In this document: positions 7,601-13,111 of the stretch, one piece after another
Layout: each line of letters starts with the position of its first letter
Position numbering within the stretch: position 1 is the first letter of the stretch
Source: Candidatus Muiribacteriota bacterium
GTDB taxonomy: Bacteria > Muiribacteriota > Muiribacteriia > Muiribacteriales > Muiribacteriaceae
Direction: 5' to 3'
NCBI GenBank assembly: GCA_051747805.1
Contig: JBNJGP010000034.1
Coordinates: 1-13,111, forward strand
Length of the DNA: 13,111 bases
Notes under the pieces: generated by a model
Seen by the model: the letters and a program-made list of their open reading frames with translations, nothing else
Database searches by the model: none
Told to the model about the DNA's origin: nothing
Made by a program: the position numbers and the translations under genes

Positions 7601-7686
7601 AAAAACCTCCTTTTTATAAAAAAATAGAATGTGTAGGTCTCACCACTAAAGTATTTTCGGTCAAATCAAGAATTGCCGCCGCTTTT

Positions 7687-9597
7687 TTAACTTTTAAGTC
7701 TTTTAATAACATTAACCAGCTCTTCAACGGTAAAAGGTTTTGTCAGAATATCATCAAAACCATAATCTCTGAAATTCTGCGTTATATTTTTTCTGGAATA
7801 TCCACTTGAAACTATTACAGAAGACTTTAATCCCAACTCCCTGATTGTTTTTATAGTTTCCAGTCCCCCCATTCCATTTTTAATAGTAAGATCAAGCATA
7901 ATAAAACTGTATGTTTTTTTATCCTTTATTTTTTCTATAACCTCTTCACCTTTAGAAGCAAATTCTACCTCATAATCCATTTCATTAAGCATCATACTTA
8001 AAACTTCTCTTATATCATAATCATCATCCATTACAAGCACTTTATTCCTCTGCTCAGAAGAAAAATATTTGCTGTTAACCGCCGCCGGCAAAAAAACACT
8101 GAAACTTGTACCAAGACCGGGCTCTGAATCAACTTTTATAAAACCACCATGATTTTTAACAATCGCATTTACAGTGGCAAGTCCCAAACCTGTACCATTT
8201 TTTTTTGTAGTAAAGTAGGGCTCAAAAATTTTTTTTTGGATTTCCTTTTCAATACCGCGACCTTTATCTTTTACAGTAACTTTCACATAATCTTTTTTAT
8301 CAAAATAGGGATTGTCTATTTTATCTGCCTCAATATTTTCGGCTTTAATAAAAATTTTTTTATCTCCATTATCAGCCTGAATAGCATTTATAATTACATT
8401 ATTAAATACCTGCTTCAGCTTGGTTATAATTCCTTCAACCCCCGAAATATTTTTATCAATATCAACTTTTATTTTAATTTTTTCTTTATCAATAGAAATA
8501 TTAATACAATCTTTAATCATTCTCCCTACGTCAATAACAGCACTTTCATCAACCTCTCCCTTTGCAAAAGTCAAAAGCTCCCTGGTAAGCTCACGTGCAT
8601 TTTTACATCCTTTTTCAGCACTTTTGAGACAGATAAAAGCTTTAGTTTTATCAGGCACAATCTGGGAGGCAACAGAAATATTTCCAAGTACTGAAGTTAA
8701 AATATTATTAAAGTCATGGGCAATTCCAGCCGCAAAAAGTTCAATAGACTCAAGTTTCTGAATATTAATCATTTCCTCCTCGATTTTTTTCTCATTCCGT
8801 ATATCCCTGAATGAAATTACAGTTCCTTTAAATTCATGAAAATTATCAAAAAGAGGGGCACAGGTGATTGCAACAGGAATTTTATTTTTACCGACAAAAG
8901 CCTGTTTTCTGAGGTTAATAATTTTTTTATTGTGTTTAAGTTCTGAAATAATATTCAGTTTATCTTTTTTTAAATATATTTCCAAAAAACTATTTATATT
9001 TTTTCCAATCAATTTTTCTTCATTAGTTTCAACAATATTTAAAGCTGTTTTATTTACAATAAGTATATTACCTTCTGAGTCGGTATTAATTATCCCTTCT
9101 CCAACAGCGTTTAAAACAACTGACATTCTTTCTTTTTCCTCATAAAGCTCTTTTTCCATTCTTCTTTCTTCTGTTATATCTACCCCTATAAAAATAATAT
9201 TTTTTTTATCAAGAGGACTCAACATGGCTAGAATTATTTTATTATCACCTGTATAGGAAGAAAAATTTAACTCTTTAATAAAAATTTTTCCCTCTATTAC
9301 TTTATTTTTTATATTAGCTATATTTTCCTTTTTCTCATTTTTCCAAAAATCAAAGATAGATTTCTTTACTTGATTATTTTGATTAATTCCTGAAATCCAG
9401 CCAAATTTTCTGTTAAAATCTTTCAGCATAAAATTTTGATCAAGTAAAACTATCATATTTGGAGAATTATCAAAAAGCATTCGATATTTTTTTTCAGAAT
9501 CAACTATGGATCTTATTTTTGTGTTATAAAAAATACAAATAACAATAACAGAGAGAGCAATAAAAATTAATAAGCTATAGCTTTCTTCAAAAATCAT
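7687..9597 (-). CDS. Membrane-anchored hybrid sensor histidine kinase (TM-PAS-PAS-HisKA-HATPase-REC)
   Basis: One N-terminal TM, two PAS-like domains (YRMLFDNSP..GVDITEER; VLNAVGEGII..FRDIRNEK), H box AGIAHDFNNIL, N box QVFNNVIINA, G1 DKGRGI, F/G2 FEPYFTTKKNGTGLGL, and a receiver with MDDD, MLDLT, SSG and KPF. Confidence 0.93.
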   Translation of the reverse strand: MIFEESYSLLIFIALSVIVICIFYNTKIRSIVDSEKKYRMLFDNSPNMIVLLDQNFMLKDFNRKFGWISGINQNNQVKKSIFDFWKNEKKENIANIKNKVIEGKIFIKELNFSSYTGDNKIILAMLSPLDKKNIIFIGVDITEERRMEKELYEEKERMSVVLNAVGEGIINTDSEGNILIVNKTALNIVETNEEKLIGKNINSFLEIYLKKDKLNIISELKHNKKIINLRKQAFVGKNKIPVAITCAPLFDNFHEFKGTVISFRDIRNEKKIEEEMINIQKLESIELFAAGIAHDFNNILTSVLGNISVASQIVPDKTKAFICLKSAEKGCKNARELTRELLTFAKGEVDESAVIDVGRMIKDCINISIDKEKIKIKVDIDKNISGVEGIITKLKQVFNNVIINAIQADNGDKKIFIKAENIEADKIDNPYFDKKDYVKVTVKDKGRGIEKEIQKKIFEPYFTTKKNGTGLGLATVNAIVKNHGGFIKVDSEPGLGTSFSVFLPAAVNSKYFSSEQRNKVLVMDDDYDIREVLSMMLNEMDYEVEFASKGEEVIEKIKDKKTYSFIMLDLTIKNGMGGLETIKTIRELGLKSSVIVSSGYSRKNITQNFRDYGFDDILTKPFTVEELVNVIKRLKS

Positions 9598-9601
9598 AAA
9601 A

Positions 9602-10801
9602 TCACCTTAAATTATTAAAAATACATACTTTAAAATTACTATCATCATACTGTTTTTGAAAAATAAGTCTTCCATTTAAAACTTCCGGTGAATCAAAGCT
9701 TTCAAACATAATATTACCAAATGTTTTTTCATATTTAATATTATCCTCAAATGATACATTCGTCAGATAATCTCTACCGTCGCCGCTTTTTAATAGTACA
9801 CCCTTGTTATTATAAAAATCATATGCAAAATCTTTAATTTTATAATTGGTTTTATAAGTATTTTTAAAAGGGGGCTTCTCAACCGAATTATCGCTTCTTA
9901 ACAGGGTGATTTGGTTTTCGTTAATATAGGCAGCACAAAAGCTGTTTTTATAGGAAGAAAAAAACAGTTTTCCTTCCCCTCCTTTATAAATATCTGGTTC
10001 ATCGGAAAAAGTTTTTCCTCTATCATTAGATTTGTAAACATAAATTTTATTTTGATAGTTTACATATACATAAACATTTGAATCATTCACACCCAGATAT
10101 ACGTTGTTTTCTCTTTTTTCTGGCGGAATATCTGTACTGATAGGGGTTGAATATAAAACCTCTCCGTCCTCTTTCATCAGCGAAAATAAAATATAATCTT
10201 TTTTTGTGAATTCAATATCAAAACGCGAAAAATCAAACTCATAAATTAAACCATATTCTTCTTTACATTCCTCTTTAGTATAATTCCCATCTGAGTAATC
10301 AACAGCTTTTTGAAGATAATCATTGGCTTTCATGTACAGAGGACGATTTGAAGTTACCGAATAAAAATAACTTTCATCTCTTTTAAAATCATCAGTCTGC
10401 CACAAGGGATGTTCATAATAACCATAAAATTCATTAAAAGTATCTGTATAACGAAGAACAATTCTTTTAACATCCATATTTAGTTTACTTAAATAATAGG
10501 CCGCCGGCAGACTTTTATTATATACCCTTACAAACATATCCCCCTCACCTTTTATAAGCTCGGGATTTAATTTATCATCGTTCAAATTCAGTTTATAAAA
10601 GGAAGGGAATGTTTTTTCAACATAAATTGAATTATCATAATTATCAACAAAAATGTTTTTAAAAGAACCAGGGCTTTGATATTCAAAAACAATATCACAG
10701 GAAAATTTTTTTTGATAAAAATAAGAAAAAAGAAACAGTAGTAAAATGATTACAACAATTATTAAAAGTCGACCATAACTTAATTTTTTTAATTTAGTCA
10801 T
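9602..10801 (-). CDS. Hypothetical membrane-anchored extracytoplasmic protein with a BNR/Asp-box motif
   Basis: Basic N-terminus followed by a TM helix (LLIIVVIILLLFLFSYFY) and the Asp box YKSNDRGKTF at 10007-10036. Start at 10801 is preferred because of SD GAGGT at 10811-10815; the ORF-track start at 10846 remains possible. Confidence 0.65.
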   Translation of the reverse strand: MTKLKKLSYGRLLIIVVIILLLFLFSYFYQKKFSCDIVFEYQSPGSFKNIFVDNYDNSIYVEKTFPSFYKLNLNDDKLNPELIKGEGDMFVRVYNKSLPAAYYLSKLNMDVKRIVLRYTDTFNEFYGYYEHPLWQTDDFKRDESYFYSVTSNRPLYMKANDYLQKAVDYSDGNYTKEECKEEYGLIYEFDFSRFDIEFTKKDYILFSLMKEDGEVLYSTPISTDIPPEKRENNVYLGVNDSNVYVYVNYQNKIYVYKSNDRGKTFSDEPDIYKGGEGKLFFSSYKNSFCAAYINENQITLLRSDNSVEKPPFKNTYKTNYKIKDFAYDFYNNKGVLLKSGDGRDYLTNVSFEDNIKYEKTFGNIMFESFDSPEVLNGRLIFQKQYDDSNFKVCIFNNLR

Positions 10802-10835
10802 CAAATATCTACCTCGTGAAATATACATTTTTTTA

Positions 10836-11804
10836 TCAACACTCAAAAAAAGAGCTTATTAAATTCAGCTCTTTATTCACCTCGGACTTTTCAGGTTTTC
10901 TAGGATAATTATACCATATACCGGAATACTTTTCGTTATAAAAAGGCCGATTACAATTTTCACACCCGGTTGTTTTTAAAAAAAAACCATCAGAAAGAAT
11001 TTTACAGGCCTTTTCATAATTTAACTTGATTTTTTTTATTTTTTCATCATTATTAAAAACAATATCATTTTTTTTAATAAAATTGTTTTCTGCAAGAAAC
11101 AAAACAGCCTGAATTAATCTGTAATAAACTATAGAAGGCTCTTTTTTATCAGCCAGCACACCATTTTTTCTAACTGGTGTAAATGCAAACAGGGCAATTT
11201 TAATATTATTTGCAATCATATCAAAAACAAAATTAACTGCCTCATTTGCACTTTCTCCAATACCTATTATAAGATGAGTTGAAATCTTATCTTTATAAAT
11301 AGCTGCAATTTTTTTCAAAAATTCTATTTTTTTATTATAATCTCCCTTTTTTATTGCAAAATATTTACTTTCTGAAACACAATCCATTGAAAAACCTATT
11401 CTATGGACACCATTTGCCAAAAATTCGTTTACAGTCTGCAAGTTATATTCAAAATCTGCTGAAAGACTTATTGTAAATTTTTTATTAATTTTATTTTTTA
11501 TTATTTTTATAATTTTAAAAACCTCTTCAAGGTTTTTTTTACTTTTTGTAACCTGAAAACATATATTGTTAATTTCGCTTTTATCAAAAGCTTTTATAAA
11601 TTCTTCAAGTAAAAACTCTGGCCAGCTTACTCTTGAAAGTCTATTTTGATTTTCATTTTGCGAACAGAACTCACAGCCGGCCTCACACTTGTCACCATAT
11701 AAAACATAGGCAGTTTTAACATCTACAGTTTTTATCTTTTTTTTTAAACCTAAAGTAACGGCAGTCCCATAGGATAATTTTATTTTAAAAGACGCAGCAT
11801 TCAT
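10836..11804 (-). CDS. lipS2: Radical SAM protein, LipS2-type lipoate synthase subunit
   Basis: CEAGCEFC (CX3CX2C) at 11664-11687, RLSRVSWP, THLIIGIGE, ALFAFTP and C-terminal TTGCENCNRPFYNE, matching the LipS2 signature TXGCPXC(N/D)RP except Pro to Glu. SD TAAGGA at 11811-11816. Confidence 0.8.
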   Translation of the reverse strand: MNAASFKIKLSYGTAVTLGLKKKIKTVDVKTAYVLYGDKCEAGCEFCSQNENQNRLSRVSWPEFLLEEFIKAFDKSEINNICFQVTKSKKNLEEVFKIIKIIKNKINKKFTISLSADFEYNLQTVNEFLANGVHRIGFSMDCVSESKYFAIKKGDYNKKIEFLKKIAAIYKDKISTHLIIGIGESANEAVNFVFDMIANNIKIALFAFTPVRKNGVLADKKEPSIVYYRLIQAVLFLAENNFIKKNDIVFNNDEKIKKIKLNYEKACKILSDGFFLKTTGCENCNRPFYNEKYSGIWYNYPRKPEKSEVNKELNLISSFFEC

Positions 11805-12591
11805 AATTATTCCTTATATCATAATAATTGTTTTTTGTATATTCCTGCAAAACTTTATGCGGCATTACAAAAGACCTTACATTATTTTCAAAAGCAACCA
11901 AATCAAGTTTTTGTCTGTACTTACCTCCTGGTCGCATACAACCAATAGTAACCACAGGTATTTTATCTGTACAGTATTTAATAAACTTTTTCATATCATC
12001 AATGGAAGGCGGAGCAATATTTGAAAAAGATGTAGCAGCCTGGGGTTTAAGAACAAGTATTACTACTTCTTTCACTTTTTGATTACATAAAAAATCAATA
12101 ATCTCATATTCCCCTTTTATTCTGCCGTAATAAATTCCACTCAGTATATGCACAACAAATTTTGAGGAGTTTTTTTGAATTAAATCAAAAGACCTCAGAA
12201 AATCCTGCCGCGAATAAAAACCTTTATATATTTCATTTATCGTTTGCTTATCTAAAATCAAATCAAAAGATATACAATCAACATACTTATTAATTTCTTT
12301 TAAATATTGTTTATTTTTTAAAACACCTGTATGCAAATTTATTTTAAGCCCAGCTTTTTTAAGCTCTTTTAAATAGGAAACATTTGATAATACAGGAACT
12401 TCTCCCTCTGAATTCACCCCTCCGCTGATTAAAACACTTTTATATTTAAAAAGAGATGAGCTTTTTATACTTTTCATTTTTTTAAGAAAATGTTTTTGAC
12501 AATAGGGACAGTTAAGAAAACAGTCCTCACCAGTAAGACTTACAGAACAAGTATCAACAGGGAAAAAAAAATTTACTCTGTTACTACTCAC
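11785..12591 (-). CDS. lipS1: Radical SAM protein, LipS1-type lipoate synthase subunit
   Basis: SVSLTG..CFLNCPYC (CX3CX2C) at 12499-12522, LISGG, NLHTG, GCMR at 11932-11943 and C-terminal CC at 11794-11799, matching the LipS1 GC(M/A)R and CC signatures. GTG start overlaps the upstream stop. Confidence 0.8.
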   Translation of the reverse strand: MSSNRVNFFFPVDTCSVSLTGEDCFLNCPYCQKHFLKKMKSIKSSSLFKYKSVLISGGVNSEGEVPVLSNVSYLKELKKAGLKINLHTGVLKNKQYLKEINKYVDCISFDLILDKQTINEIYKGFYSRQDFLRSFDLIQKNSSKFVVHILSGIYYGRIKGEYEIIDFLCNQKVKEVVILVLKPQAATSFSNIAPPSIDDMKKFIKYCTDKIPVVTIGCMRPGGKYRQKLDLVAFENNVRSFVMPHKVLQEYTKNNYYDIRNNYECCVF

Positions 12592-13111
12592 GACGCTCAG
12601 GACAATCTATATCATCACATAAAGCACAGATATAGTTACAATCCATATTTTTTTTCTTTTTCTGTGGTTCTTTTTTTTCTTCACTTTTTGTTTCTTTCTT
12701 AACTTTTTTTTCTTCACTTTTCGTTTCTTTATTTTCTTCTTGAGGCTTTTCTTTTTTATTATTCTGCGGTTTTAAAGTTGCCGCCTTTTTAGTTTCTTCA
12801 CGGGCTTTATCTATTTCATCATCAACATTATCGTCTGTATCAGTTTCTTCTTTATTAATTTTCACAGACTCTTTTGCAGTTTCTTTTATCTCAGGTTCAA
12901 TTTTTTCTGGCTTATCATTTTTTTTAATCTCTTCTTCTTTTTCTTGAGCAACTTTTTTTAAATCTTCTTTTTTTTCATTTTTATTTTCAGCAACAGCCAC
13001 TGGTTTTTCTGGTTTTTCTGGCTTATCATTTTTTTTAATCTCTTCTTCTTTTTCTTGAGCAACTTTTTTTAAATCTTCTTTTTTTTCATTTTTATTTTCA
13101 GCAACAGCCAC
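12584..13111 (-). CDS. 3' part of a Lys/Glu-rich low-complexity repeat protein with a C-terminal CX3CX2CX4C motif (5'-truncated by the window edge)
   Basis: Open to the right edge, with 37-aa tandem repeats, ending in MDCNYICALCDDIDCPERRE. The stop overlaps the lipS1 start by 8 nt. The 'M' at 13111 is a GTG Val inside a repeat, not a real start. Confidence 0.75.
   Translation of the reverse strand: MAVAENKNEKKEDLKKVAQEKEEEIKKNDKPEKPEKPVAVAENKNEKKEDLKKVAQEKEEEIKKNDKPEKIEPEIKETAKESVKINKEETDTDDNVDDEIDKAREETKKAATLKPQNNKKEKPQEENKETKSEEKKVKKETKSEEKKEPQKKKKNMDCNYICALCDDIDCPERRE
12670..12730. repeat. Short in-frame direct repeat (28 bp, 33-bp period, 1 mismatch) encoding KETKSEEKK x2
   Basis: 12670-12697 versus 12703-12730. 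Confidence 0.85.
12902..13111. repeat. In-frame tandem repeat with 111-bp period; two identical 99-bp copies
   Basis: 12902-13000 is identical to 13013-13111. A 9-bp TGGTTTTTC (PEK) sub-repeat lies at 13001-13018. Confidence 0.95.

Noticed and set aside
7601..7686. Riboswitch or sigma-54 promoter in the gap upstream of the nitrilase gene
   Set aside because: No recognisable riboswitch consensus and no GG-N10-GC with TGGCAC/TTGC context on the coding strand; an Rfam scan would be needed to exclude an RNA element fully.
4243..9145. Plus-strand ORFs 4243-4491, 5920-6141, 7338-7520, 8149-8694, 8420-8761 and 8864-9145
   Set aside because: All are antisense to convincing minus-strand genes. Their Phe/Ile/Leu/Ser-rich composition is what the reverse complement of Lys/Glu/Asn-rich coding DNA produces.
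10836..12591. Calling the radical SAM genes bioB or lipA
   Set aside because: Neither has the LipA CX4CX5C motif, no bio genes are adjacent, and the LipS1/LipS2-specific motifs are present.
11828..12702. Plus-strand ORFs 11828-12082 and 12490-12702
   Set aside because: Antisense shadows of lipS1 and the repeat protein.
12902..13111. CRISPR array or mobile-element terminal repeat
   Set aside because: The unit is 111 bp, in frame within a coding sequence, with no unique spacers and no cas or transposase gene.

Overview
AT-rich bacterial chromosomal window with 12 tightly packed or overlapping protein-coding genes, all on the minus strand. In transcription order (right to left): the 3' end of a Lys/Glu-rich repeat protein with a terminal 4-Cys motif, a radical SAM pair with the signature motifs of the two-component lipoate synthase LipS1/LipS2, a membrane-anchored Asp-box protein, a PAS-PAS hybrid histidine kinase, a nitrilase-superfamily hydrolase, a secreted NHL-repeat/TPR protein, a STAS anti-sigma-factor antagonist, a divergent aroE, the type IV pilus motor genes pilB (with an MshEN c-di-GMP motif), pilT and pilC, and the 5' end of a MoxR AAA+ ATPase absent from the supplied ORF track. 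No rRNA, tRNA, CRISPR array or transposase was recognised. The most notable items are the LipS1/LipS2 pair, the overlapping upstream protein with a CX3CX2CX4C tail, and several candidate cis-elements near pilB and pilC. All calls come from reading motifs by eye; no searches were run.
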